This document shows positions 37,301-46,410 of a stretch of DNA of 64,000 nt, in pieces. The notes under the pieces were generated by a model. The model made no database searches, was not told where the DNA came from, and saw only the letters and a program-made list of their open reading frames with translations. The stretch's first letter is position 1; every line of letters starts with the position of its first letter. Origin of the DNA: Alphaproteobacteria bacterium. Its GTDB lineage: Bacteria > Pseudomonadota > Alphaproteobacteria > CAAHEQ01 > UBA3637. Location: positions 76,850 through 140,849 of the forward strand of contig JAGCVC010000008.1 of NCBI GenBank assembly GCA_017962565.1. Reading direction: 5' to 3'. A program made the translations under genes and the position numbers.

Positions 37301-38239
37301 TTAACGTCCTTTTTTTTCTTGTGAAATTAGTTTTTTGGCCACTACGTCATAATAATTCATATCTGAACAAACAGGAATATATCTTATATGATATTTTGTA
37401 ACGAAGTTTTCAAGTTGAAGCAAACGTTTTTGAAAATGATAAATATAAGCATCATGAATATCTTTTGATCGTGTATCCAACAAACTATTAGATTTACCAT
37501 CAGAAATAGCATAAAGATTCGGTGATGGGCATCTTCCTTCCAACACATCATAAACATTAATAAATGTTACTTCATTGGTTCGGGCAAGTGAAGCCAAACA
37601 CTTTAAAGTCTCCTCATTTAAATCAGAAAAGTCACTAATCACAAAAACAATATTTCCATTACGGCAAGACCGTCTTAATTTCAGTGTAGCCTGAGCTAAT
37701 GATATTTCCTCATCTATTTTATCAAAATGCTGTTCCTTTTTGGTATTTTCACTGACAGAATTAAAAAAGAACATAATCTTTTTTCTTAATTTAGATGGAT
37801 GGAAAACCTGTATTTGACTATCTGACAAAATCAAGCCACCTACTTTGTCCTTTTTCTGAATAAAAAACCAACCGAGCATTGCCATAATATGCGCTGCAAT
37901 AACGGATTTAAAAGCTTGTTTTGTGCCGAATTTCATACCTGAACGCAAATCTATTAAAAACCAAACCTGCCGTTCACGCTCTTCTTGGAAAACTTTAGTA
38001 AAAACTTTGCCAATCTTAGCAGTCAAGTGCCAATCAACTAAACGCACATCATCACCCGGTTGATATTCACGTACTTCATCAAAGTCCATTCCTCGACCTT
38101 TAAAAATGGAACGAGCTTCTCCAATATCATGTTTTGAAGTTTTTTTCCCTTCGACAGAGTTCAAACGATAGGTTTGATATTTATCTTTTACCAAACTTTC
38201 CAAACTCGCAAAAACAGCATCATTAACTTCTTGAACCAT
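37301..38239 (-). CDS. DUF58 (vWA-like) domain protein
   Basis: GMDFDEVREYQPGDDVRLVDWHLTAKIGKVFTKVFQEE signature of DUF58. Confidence 0.85.
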   Translation of the reverse strand: MVQEVNDAVFASLESLVKDKYQTYRLNSVEGKKTSKHDIGEARSIFKGRGMDFDEVREYQPGDDVRLVDWHLTAKIGKVFTKVFQEERERQVWFLIDLRSGMKFGTKQAFKSVIAAHIMAMLGWFFIQKKDKVGGLILSDSQIQVFHPSKLRKKIMFFFNSVSENTKKEQHFDKIDEEISLAQATLKLRRSCRNGNIVFVISDFSDLNEETLKCLASLARTNEVTFINVYDVLEGRCPSPNLYAISDGKSNSLLDTRSKDIHDAYIYHFQKRLLQLENFVTKYHIRYIPVCSDMNYYDVVAKKLISQEKKGR

Positions 38240-38247
38240 TTTTTCTC

Positions 38248-39210
38248 TTACGGCAAAGGAACCTTCTGTATTAAAGCGTCAATAAATGAATCCGGCGTAA
38301 TACCCCGTGCTTCTGCTTCATAAGTCAATAAAACACGATGACGGAGCACGTCATGCAAAATATCGTGTATATCTGTCGGAACGACATAATCACGTCCATC
38401 CAACCAAGCACGAGCCCTTGAACAAGTATCCAATGCTATTGTACCACGCGGGCTTGCTCCGTATTCTACATAAGATTTCAAAACAGAATCATAAGCCCCC
38501 GGATTACGCGTTGCCATAATGAATTGAACAATATATTCTTCCAACTTATCTGATAAATGTACATTCAAAACTTCTGCTCGCGCCGCTTTAACTTGCTTTT
38601 GAGTAATCTTGTTGACTGTTGCTTTTTCCTCTTGCCTTGATTCACCCCGAACAATTTTCAAGATTTCATGTTCTGCTTTTGCGTCCGGATGAGTGATTTT
38701 AACATACATCAAAAAACGATCCATTTGGGCTTCCGGTAAAGGATAAGTTCCTTCATTTTCTATCGGGTTCTGGGTTGCCATAACCAAAAAAAGCTCCGGC
38801 AACATATAAGTCGTTGCACCAACTGTAACTTGACGTTCACCCATTGCTTCCAATAAGGCAGACTGTACCTTGGCCGGAGCACGGTTAATTTCATCGGCCA
38901 ATATGAAGTTGTGGAAAACCGGGCCTTTTGAAAAAACAAATGTTCCATTTTCCGGGCGATAAACATCACTTCCTGTAATATCTGCCGGCAATAAATCCGG
39001 TGTAAATTGGATTCGGTGCGAGTCGCATTCAATAGCTGCTGCCAATTTCTTAATAGCTTTCGTTTTCGCCAAACCGGGAGCACCTTCCACCAACAAGTGG
39101 CCATCAGAAAGCAAAGCTATTAACATCCGGTCAATTAACTTGCCCTGCCCGATAATTTCCGTATTCATATATTGGCGTAATTTCAAAAAATCATTTTGTA
39201 CTTGCGACAT
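38248..39210 (-). CDS. MoxR-family AAA+ ATPase
   Basis: GAPGLAKTK Walker A, FILADEINRAP Walker B, VMATQNP, ASPRG motifs. Confidence 0.95.
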   Translation of the reverse strand: MSQVQNDFLKLRQYMNTEIIGQGKLIDRMLIALLSDGHLLVEGAPGLAKTKAIKKLAAAIECDSHRIQFTPDLLPADITGSDVYRPENGTFVFSKGPVFHNFILADEINRAPAKVQSALLEAMGERQVTVGATTYMLPELFLVMATQNPIENEGTYPLPEAQMDRFLMYVKITHPDAKAEHEILKIVRGESRQEEKATVNKITQKQVKAARAEVLNVHLSDKLEEYIVQFIMATRNPGAYDSVLKSYVEYGASPRGTIALDTCSRARAWLDGRDYVVPTDIHDILHDVLRHRVLLTYEAEARGITPDSFIDALIQKVPLP

Positions 39211-39255
39211 AATTTATCTCCTCGAATAAAAAAATACTATACATTTTTTTTTGTT

Positions 39256-39283
39256 AATATAAAATAAAAAAAAGGAAAAGCAA
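39256..39283 (-). promoter_or_regulatory. possible promoter TTGCTT-16-TATATT for the MoxR operon
   Basis: On the minus strand, TTGCTT (39278..39283), 16-nt spacer, TATATT (39256..39261); GAGGAG RBS before the ATG at 39210. Confidence 0.4.
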
Positions 39284-40057
39284 ATGAATAATATTAAAAT
39301 TTTAACACCATATAAGCTTTTTTTTATCACCCAAGGTGAAATTCTTTATGCTTTGATGAAGGACGGACGTACTTTAAAAATAAAGCAAACCCCTTATTTT
39401 TCAAACATTTCTTCCGATAAAAAAATCTTATCCGGTATTTCATTTGATGGAGAAAATACGCATATTTTATCCATACCTTTTGGATTTGATTTAGCAAAAC
39501 CACAGGAAATAACATCCTTATTTGGCTATTTTTACTATCCTTGCTTATCCAAAGATGGGCGAAAAATGGCTGTAGTTGAAGCAGATTTATTGAAACCGCG
39601 CCCGCAAGGGGAACTTCGACTCTATAAGCGCAAAATTAAACACTGGTATCAACAAGTAAGTTTCGAATCACGGATGAAAGCTCCTTTTATATCCTCATTG
39701 GACGATTCGTTGTTTTTTATTGATGAAGAAAACAGACTGGTTCACTACATACCTGAAATATCAGAGAAAAAGATTTTAGCAAATGATATACAAAATTTTT
39801 CCTTATCGAGTTCATTGACAAAGATTGTTTATTTTACAGAAACCCAAGTTTATGTTTACTCTCTACTGGAACATAAAGAAATCACAAACTTTCCGATGAC
39901 AAACTTAACTGCAGTTTGTTTTGATGCTTCTGAAAAAGAAATTTTGTATGCAAGAAATCAAGACAACCGATTCGCTATTTACAGCTTCGATTATCAAGAA
40001 AAGAAAACGACACTGCTGTTGCAAACAAATGATCCGGTTGTTCTTTTATCTGTTTGA
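39284..40057 (+). CDS. hypothetical protein, possible TolB/PD40-like beta-propeller repeats
   Basis: Repeated LSKDGRKMAVVE / KIVYFTETQVYVYSL / ILYARNQDNRFAIYSF segments; no signal peptide seen. Confidence 0.45.
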   Translation: MNNIKILTPYKLFFITQGEILYALMKDGRTLKIKQTPYFSNISSDKKILSGISFDGENTHILSIPFGFDLAKPQEITSLFGYFYYPCLSKDGRKMAVVEADLLKPRPQGELRLYKRKIKHWYQQVSFESRMKAPFISSLDDSLFFIDEENRLVHYIPEISEKKILANDIQNFSLSSSLTKIVYFTETQVYVYSLLEHKEITNFPMTNLTAVCFDASEKEILYARNQDNRFAIYSFDYQEKKTTLLLQTNDPVVLLSV

Positions 40058-40137
40058 TACATAAAAATGTATTGCTATTTCGGACAAACATGCTATTCTA
40101 GCGTAAGTGTATAACTTTTAGCAGAAAAGGATAGAAA

Positions 40138-41040
40138 ATGTTTTACGTAAGGTTATTGCTGATTTTAGGGCTTTTGTTACCAGCTGTAGCTGTTGCTCAA
40201 GAAGCTCAAGAAGGAACGTTCTCTCCAAAAGTTTTAAATGCAAATTTCAGACGTATTGGACTGGATTTATCATCAACGGAAGTCAGACATGCACAACAAT
40301 ATGCGAACTCACCGGTTAGCCAATTAAATGCGGATAGTCAAACTGTTGTAAAAGGTGTTTTTGATTTTGTTTTAGAATATGAAACAAATTCTTTCCGTTG
40401 GGATAACAGCGCTTTTGCAGAATATGCAAAGACAAAATTAAAGCCTGCCGACCAACCGGCTGACACAAACGAATCGGCGGATAAGATTTTATTTTCAACA
40501 AACTACACACAAAAAATTTGGGATTTTGAGGATGGTTCTATCGGGCCTTTTGTTGATGGATCCTATCAAACGGAATTCACAAAAAATAAAGATCCTATAA
40601 CAAACCAAAGTCTTCCAAGAACCAAAATCCTGCGTGGAAAAGCCGGTTTGAAGTTATTTGACGGTATAGTTTTCAAAGATTTGTACATCGCAGGTGTTGG
40701 CGAATATGATATGACCTATAATCCGGATGCTTCAAAAACAGCAGGTGAAACAGGTTTCCGTATTGAAAAAGACATAAAGGAAGGTGTTAAGTTTTCATCT
40801 GACGGTTACTACAGGCGCTATTTTTCGGCCAGCCACAAAAATCCAGAAGATTTGCGTTATGATATGAATATAACAGCACGTATGGATGTTAATCTTTACA
40901 GCAGCTTGACTGTCGGACCGTATATTTCATACAGACGGGCACGCAGCCGTAGTGCAGATGTCGCCGGTAGTAACTTTATGATTGGCTTGTCATTCAGCTA
41001 TATTGATTTATTTAATTTAATTAATAAAAAAGGAGAATAA
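40138..41040 (+). CDS. outer-membrane beta-barrel protein (unknown family)
   Basis: Signal peptide [22 protein letters not shown], amphipathic strand pattern, aromatic-rich C-terminal strands. Confidence 0.6.
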   Translation: MFYVRLLLILGLLLPAVAVAQEAQEGTFSPKVLNANFRRIGLDLSSTEVRHAQQYANSPVSQLNADSQTVVKGVFDFVLEYETNSFRWDNSAFAEYAKTKLKPADQPADTNESADKILFSTNYTQKIWDFEDGSIGPFVDGSYQTEFTKNKDPITNQSLPRTKILRGKAGLKLFDGIVFKDLYIAGVGEYDMTYNPDASKTAGETGFRIEKDIKEGVKFSSDGYYRRYFSASHKNPEDLRYDMNITARMDVNLYSSLTVGPYISYRRARSRSADVAGSNFMIGLSFSYIDLFNLINKKGE

Positions 41041-41042
41041 AC

Positions 41043-41489
41043 ATGATGAAAAATGTACTTAGTGAATTTAAAAAATTTGCAATGCGCGGTAATGTTATCG
41101 ATATGGCAGTCGGTATCATTATAGGTGCTTCTTTTGGAAAGATTGTAGACAGTTTAGTCAAAGACATTTTGATGCCGCCTTTGGGAATGCTGTTGGGAAA
41201 AGTTGATTTCTCCAGTTTGAAGATAATGTTGGGTACGGAACCGGATGCAGCATCCATCAACTACGGAATCTTTTTAAATAACATTATCAGCTTTATCATT
41301 GTAGCTTTTGCAGTGTTCCTGTTAATTAAAGCTATCAATACTCTGCGTACCAAAATGGAAAAAGCTGAGGCAAAAGAAGCTGCCAAAGTTGCTCCGACTG
41401 AAAAAGAATGTCCTTACTGCTGCAGTAAAATTCCTTTGGCTGCAACTCGTTGTCCACATTGTACTTCGGAATTAAAAAGTAAAAAATAA
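41043..41489 (+). CDS. mscL: large-conductance mechanosensitive channel with C-terminal zinc-ribbon extension
   Basis: [41 protein letters not shown]; extra C-terminus [18 protein letters not shown]. Confidence 0.9.
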   Translation: MMKNVLSEFKKFAMRGNVIDMAVGIIIGASFGKIVDSLVKDILMPPLGMLLGKVDFSSLKIMLGTEPDAASINYGIFLNNIISFIIVAFAVFLLIKAINTLRTKMEKAEAKEAAKVAPTEKECPYCCSKIPLAATRCPHCTSELKSKK

Positions 41490-41518
41490 TAATTCTTTGG
41501 TAAAGACAATCTAATAAA

Positions 41519-41550
41519 AAGGCCTTTTAAAGTTAAAAAGGCCTTTTTTT
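41519..41550 (+). terminator. intrinsic terminator after mscL
   Basis: AAGGCCTTTT / AAAAGGCCTT 10-bp stem, 7-nt loop, T-run. Confidence 0.75.
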
Positions 41551-41621
41551 ATTTGTGGAGTGCTTTCTGATTTTCAACCTGTATTTTATTCCGATTTACA
41601 GAAAATATATACAAAAATGCC

Positions 41622-41650
41622 TTGCTTTTTTCAAAAAATTCTGATATAAT
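41622..41650 (+). promoter_or_regulatory. sigma70-type promoter TTGCTT-17-TATAAT for 41686..42290
   Basis: TTGCTT 41622..41627, 17-nt spacer, TATAAT 41645..41650; AGGAAGAAAGGA RBS region. Confidence 0.6.
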
Positions 41651-41685
41651 AATTCCATCGGATTAGGAAGAAAGGATGTAAGAAA

Positions 41686-41967
41686 ATGGATTTAACATTA
41701 AGAATGGTTAACACTGCTATTTCCGGTGTACGTATGGTTTTCGGCCAAGTTATGAATGTTACAAAAGCCTATTTAAGCTTAGCAAATAGTACAGCCGGCT
41801 ACTTTTCCAACGCAGATACTTCTACTCCAGTCGGTGATGCAATACTTTGTGGGGTAACTAATGTAACAAGCACTACGTTAAACAGTGTACAGAGTGTTCT
41901 GCAGGGTGTGATTAACAGACGACATCAAGAAGCAATTAATAGACGTCGTCAAGAAATTCAGAGATGA
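41686..41967 (+). CDS. hypothetical 93-aa protein
   Basis: ORF with a good RBS and promoter. Ser/Thr/Asn/Val-rich body and a basic C-terminal tandem INRRHQEA-INRRRQEI. No family recognised. Confidence 0.5.
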   Translation: MDLTLRMVNTAISGVRMVFGQVMNVTKAYLSLANSTAGYFSNADTSTPVGDAILCGVTNVTSTTLNSVQSVLQGVINRRHQEAINRRRQEIQR

Positions 41968-42290
41968 TAACACAAGAGAAAAACTATTTTGTTATTCCTT
42001 ATGAAGGTGGCAGACTGGCTTTTGCCATTACTGCTCGTAAAACAAAGGAGCAAACACCCGTTATTCTTTATGCCGGTGGCGAGCACGCCTTATTTCATCG
42101 TAATGAAGAAGAAACTGTTATTTTAGATTATCTGGATAATCGTGCAAGAAAGATGCTTTTAACAGCAAAAGGAGTCGCCGTCGTTGAAATTGATCCAAAA
42201 ACGGAAAAGATGGTACGACAGTATCCAGTTTTGCTTAAAATAGTCGATAAATTACCGGAATTCGATTTAGAACAAAAAGCTTCTAAATAA
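41964..42290 (+). CDS. hypothetical 108-aa protein
   Basis: ATGA overlap with the upstream ORF, followed by a terminator; no family recognised. Confidence 0.55.
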   Translation: MITQEKNYFVIPYEGGRLAFAITARKTKEQTPVILYAGGEHALFHRNEEETVILDYLDNRARKMLLTAKGVAVVEIDPKTEKMVRQYPVLLKIVDKLPEFDLEQKASK

Positions 42291-42292
42291 AT

Positions 42293-42322
42293 AAAAAGCA
42301 CCGATTTGTTCGGGGCTTTTTA
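42293..42322. terminator. bidirectional intrinsic terminator between 41964..42290 and valS
   Basis: AGCACCGA-TTTGT-TCGGGGCT hairpin (one mismatch) flanked by an A-run and a T-run. Confidence 0.65.
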
Positions 42323-42335
42323 TTATTACTTTCCA

Positions 42336-44948
42336 TTAAACCTTCGGCTTTTTGGGTTCATCTTCACCCAAAATACAGTTGGTTATTTGCAATTCGTCTG
42401 TTTTCGCTTCAAAGGACACCTTATGATCCTTGATATTCAAAACATTTTCGATATCGCTCAAAGCCTTATTCAAAGCGTCTATTGTCTTTTGGTTTGCAGA
42501 AACAGTCAAAGTCATAATCGGTGTACGCAAGGAACGTTTTTCGTCCGCTTTTGCTTTACGCCCTGCCTCAACCATCGTAACGACTTTTCTGTATAATTCA
42601 ATATCACCCTTTACTGCAGAATAACTTTCGGATGTCGGATAAAATTGGACATGGACGGAATCAACTTCCTTACCCCAAGGACGTGCTTGGAATACCTCTT
42701 CTGAAATAAAGCAAAGGAATGGCGCAAACATTTTTGCAAACAAATCGATTGTCAACATCAATGAAGACACAGCAGATTTTGAATCATCACTGTATGCACG
42801 ACCTTTGACAATTTCCAAATAATTATCGCAGAAATCCCAGAATGCGTGTTCCGTTGTTTCCAAAGCAAATGAATAATCTTTTGCATCAAAAGCCCGTCTT
42901 GACGCATCAATTGCATCACACATCCGTGCAATCCACGCTTTGTCCAAATCATTCGTAATATTGGAAACATAGTCCGCCTTCACGTCTATACCAGAATTTT
43001 CAACAATATTAAACACAAAACGTGAAGCATTGAATATCTTCATGCACAGCTTCTTACCTTGATCCATAACTTGTTCTTCAAATAAAGCGTCAATACCTAA
43101 CTTTGCACGAGCAGCCCAATAACGAACAGCATCTGAAGAATATTTTTCAAGTAATGCCATAGGTGTAACGACATTACCTTTGGATTTTGACATTTTCTTT
43201 CTGTCTGGATCCAAAACGAAACCGCTGATATGCGCTTCTTTCCATGGCAATGTGTTTTTGTTTGCATAAGCTTTCATGATTGTATAGAAAGCCCATGTCC
43301 GAATGATATCATGTGCTTGAGGACGAACATCAAACGGTAATGACAAATGGTGTCCTTCTGGAGCAAAAGCCATTGCTATTTGCGGCGTTACGGACGAAGT
43401 TGCCCATGTATCCATAATGTCTTTATCCCCAACAAAACCATTGGGTTGACCACGCTGTGCTTCCGTATAACCGTTAGGAACATCAGTCATAGGATCTATC
43501 GGCAACTGATCTTCCGTTGGGAAAATCGGATTATCATAATCTCTGTTACCATTTTCATCTAACTTATACCAAACAGGTATTGGAACACCAAAGAAACGTT
43601 GACGAGATATGCACCAATCTTGATTTAATCCATCAACCCAAGTTTCATAACGACTTTGCATGTGAGCAGGATACCATTTAATTTTATGTCCTTGCTCCAA
43701 CAATTGTTGTTTCAATTTCAAAATGTCAATAAACCATTGACGAGAAGAAACAAATTCCAGTGGTTGAGAACCCTTTTCATAGAACTTTACAGGATGAACT
43801 AACGGTTTAGGTTCTGCCAATAAGTCTTTGCTTTCACGTAAAAATTCAACAATTTTTGCACGCGCTTGTTTAACCTTTAATCCTGCAATTTCATCATAGT
43901 ATTTTTTGGCTTTTTCAACGTTCAAAGAAACAAAATTGCCCTTCCCATATTCTTGTTTAATAATGCGTCCGTCTAATCCGATAATTTGCTTAATTGGCAG
44001 ACCAGATTGCTTCCACCAAGCCACGTCGGCAGCATCACCAAAGGTACAAACCATCATGATACCTGTTCCTTTGTCCATTTCGGCATGTTCTGACGGAACG
44101 ATTGGAACAGGAATATCAAACAAAGGCACAATCGCTTTTTTACCAAAATATTTTTTGTAACGCTCATCATCCGGATGAGCAACAACAGCAATACAAGCTG
44201 GCAAAAATTCCGGACGAGTTGTTGCAATTGTGAAGTATGTACCTGGTTCACCTTCTACGCCAAAACGAATATCATGAAAAAATGATGACATTTCTCTGTC
44301 TTCAATCTCAGCTTGAGCAATAGCAGATTGGAAATCAATATCCCACATAGTTGGGGATTCAATCGTATGTGCCAGTCCTTTTCTGACTAAATCCAAGAAA
44401 GAACCCTGACTAACTTTAATTGCTAAAGGAGAAATGGTCGTATATTTCAAAGACCAATCATAAGAATGACCAATTCGATGGAAAATATCCTCAAAGGCTT
44501 TTTCATCTGATGTAGTTAATAATTCACAAGTTTCCACAAAGTTTTTACGGGAAACCTCTTTTAATTCTTTTGCATCCGGATTATGTTCCGGTTTAAAGTC
44601 CGGATCATAAGGCAATGCCGGATTACAAGCAACACCGTAATAATTTTGTACACGACGTTCCGTTGGCAACCCGTTATCATCCCATCCGATTGGATAAAAT
44701 ATGGATTTACCCAGCATACGTTGATAACGCACGGTTACATCAGTTTGCGTATAGCTCATTATATGACCGATATGCAAAGAACCGGAGACTGTCGGAGGCG
44801 GTGTATCGACAACATAAGTATTTTCACGTGAAGCATCCTTATCATAGGCATATACCTTGTTTTCTTCCCAAAAATCAATACATCTCTTTTCCATCGCTTC
44901 CGAATTGAACTTATCGTCCAATTTTTTAGTCTCTTTGTATGTTGTCAT
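42336..44948 (-). CDS. valS: valine--tRNA ligase
   Basis: PPPTVSGSLHIGH (HIGH) and KMSKSKGN (KMSKS) motifs, WCISRQR. The ATG at 44948 is preceded by AGAGGA, so I prefer it to 44963. Confidence 0.95.
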   Translation of the reverse strand: MTTYKETKKLDDKFNSEAMEKRCIDFWEENKVYAYDKDASRENTYVVDTPPPTVSGSLHIGHIMSYTQTDVTVRYQRMLGKSIFYPIGWDDNGLPTERRVQNYYGVACNPALPYDPDFKPEHNPDAKELKEVSRKNFVETCELLTTSDEKAFEDIFHRIGHSYDWSLKYTTISPLAIKVSQGSFLDLVRKGLAHTIESPTMWDIDFQSAIAQAEIEDREMSSFFHDIRFGVEGEPGTYFTIATTRPEFLPACIAVVAHPDDERYKKYFGKKAIVPLFDIPVPIVPSEHAEMDKGTGIMMVCTFGDAADVAWWKQSGLPIKQIIGLDGRIIKQEYGKGNFVSLNVEKAKKYYDEIAGLKVKQARAKIVEFLRESKDLLAEPKPLVHPVKFYEKGSQPLEFVSSRQWFIDILKLKQQLLEQGHKIKWYPAHMQSRYETWVDGLNQDWCISRQRFFGVPIPVWYKLDENGNRDYDNPIFPTEDQLPIDPMTDVPNGYTEAQRGQPNGFVGDKDIMDTWATSSVTPQIAMAFAPEGHHLSLPFDVRPQAHDIIRTWAFYTIMKAYANKNTLPWKEAHISGFVLDPDRKKMSKSKGNVVTPMALLEKYSSDAVRYWAARAKLGIDALFEEQVMDQGKKLCMKIFNASRFVFNIVENSGIDVKADYVSNITNDLDKAWIARMCDAIDASRRAFDAKDYSFALETTEHAFWDFCDNYLEIVKGRAYSDDSKSAVSSLMLTIDLFAKMFAPFLCFISEEVFQARPWGKEVDSVHVQFYPTSESYSAVKGDIELYRKVVTMVEAGRKAKADEKRSLRTPIMTLTVSANQKTIDALNKALSDIENVLNIKDHKVSFEAKTDELQITNCILGEDEPKKPKV

Positions 44949-44986
44949 AATATCCTCTTTCAAAATAAAAAAATAAAAACGTTCCT

Positions 44987-45014
44987 ATTGTAATAAATTT
45001 TACGTCAAATGCAA
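44987..45014 (-). promoter_or_regulatory. sigma70-type promoter TTGCAT-16-TACAAT for valS
   Basis: On the minus strand, TTGCAT (45009..45014), 16-nt spacer, TACAAT (44987..44992). Confidence 0.5.
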
Positions 45015-45052
45015 GCATTTTTTGCTAAATTACTCAAATAAAAATAATTAAA

Positions 45053-45080
45053 TTGACAACATGGAAAAAAGCTGTAAAAT
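45053..45080 (+). promoter_or_regulatory. sigma70-type promoter TTGACA-16-TAAAAT for 45110..
   Basis: TTGACA 45053..45058, 16-nt spacer, TAAAAT 45075..45080. Confidence 0.55.
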
Positions 45081-45109
45081 AAAGACATACCAAACGAAAG
45101 GGATGTGCT

Positions 45110-45949
45110 ATGCTTTCTTTACTGATGAATTTTATTTTAATGGGGCTTGTAGTAATAGCATCTGTCAAGGCTTATTATGATATTCCGTTTCTTAATGAAA
45201 ATCCAAAAACATCAGCCAGTGTTGTTTTAATGGTCATATTTCTTCTTATCTTTACTTTTCCGAAAATTCTAGGCTTTTTAATTAAATTAGCGATATTTTC
45301 ATCTATTCTTTATGCTATTTGTTATACAATGGGATGGGATTTATCCTTTTTGAAAGGTGACATCAGCCTTTCAGATACAAAAAAAATAGCCGAAACACTT
45401 AGCGATGACGTAACAGAAACTTTAAACAAAGTACAGTTAGCTGTTCAACCAAATCAAGCTTTTACCGTAACAGCACCTCCGGCAGTTTCAGGAAGTTACT
45501 TGAACATTGCAGGAGAACCGGCTCAACTTTACGGCATAGATGCACCAAGTGTCAAGCAATCATGTAAAACACGGTTTGGAAGCAAATATGACTGTGGAAT
45601 ACTCGCAAAAGAAGAGCTGAATAAAATTATCGGGAATAATGAACTTTCCTGTGAAAACAGAGGAAGAAATCATCGCGGAGAAAAAGTTGTCACATGTATC
45701 GCAAACGGCGAAGATATTGCAGAATTGATGGTAGCTTCCGGCTGGGCCGTGGCCGATCGTTCAATGACAAACGACTATGTCGAAAAGGAAAAATACGCGC
45801 ATGACAAAAAAATCGGTTTATGGGCCGGCAAATTTGAAGCTCCATGGACATGGCGTGCAAAACATCAAAAACCATCCGATAATGAAGAAAAAAAAGGCTC
45901 TGGTGTCGAAACACCTTTTCAAAAATTGATGGGATTTTTCGGAAAATGA
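45110..45949 (+). CDS. membrane-anchored thermonuclease (SNase-like) family protein
   Basis: Three N-terminal TM segments; LYGIDAPS...CIANGEDIAELMVASGWAV...KIGLWAG matches the SNase/ExoI-like fold. Confidence 0.8.
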   Translation: MLSLLMNFILMGLVVIASVKAYYDIPFLNENPKTSASVVLMVIFLLIFTFPKILGFLIKLAIFSSILYAICYTMGWDLSFLKGDISLSDTKKIAETLSDDVTETLNKVQLAVQPNQAFTVTAPPAVSGSYLNIAGEPAQLYGIDAPSVKQSCKTRFGSKYDCGILAKEELNKIIGNNELSCENRGRNHRGEKVVTCIANGEDIAELMVASGWAVADRSMTNDYVEKEKYAHDKKIGLWAGKFEAPWTWRAKHQKPSDNEEKKGSGVETPFQKLMGFFGK

Positions 45950-46410
45950 GTCAATTTAAAGTAACGACTTTGGCACAAACAAAACATTTAGCTGAAAGTT
46001 TAGCAAAGCAGCTACAAGTTGGAGATATCATAGCGTTATATGGCACTTTGGGTGTAGGCAAAACGGCTTTCACGCGTTTTTTGGTTCAATCTTTTTGCGG
46101 AGAAAAAGAAGAAGTACCAAGTCCGACATTTACTTTATTGCAAACCTATGAAACGGAAGATTTTCCCATTTTTCATTTTGACCTTTATCGATTGAAAAAA
46201 GCAGATGAAGTATTGGAGCTAGGAATTGAAGATGCCTTTTATGATGGCGTTTCTTTGATTGAATGGCCGGAAAAAATGGGTGGTTATTTACCAGAAAAAA
46301 AAGTTTTAAGAGTAGAAATTGATTGTCAGGATGAAGTACGTACGTTTACTTTTTCTTCAAAAAATCCAAAATGGACTGAAAGGTTGGAAAAATGGAAAGA
46401 GCAGATTTAA
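45946..46410 (+). CDS. tsaE: tRNA t6A biosynthesis ATPase TsaE
   Basis: LYGTLGVGKTAFTR P-loop, PTFTLLQTY, HFDLYRL, IEWPE. Confidence 0.9.
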   Translation: MSQFKVTTLAQTKHLAESLAKQLQVGDIIALYGTLGVGKTAFTRFLVQSFCGEKEEVPSPTFTLLQTYETEDFPIFHFDLYRLKKADEVLELGIEDAFYDGVSLIEWPEKMGGYLPEKKVLRVEIDCQDEVRTFTFSSKNPKWTERLEKWKEQI

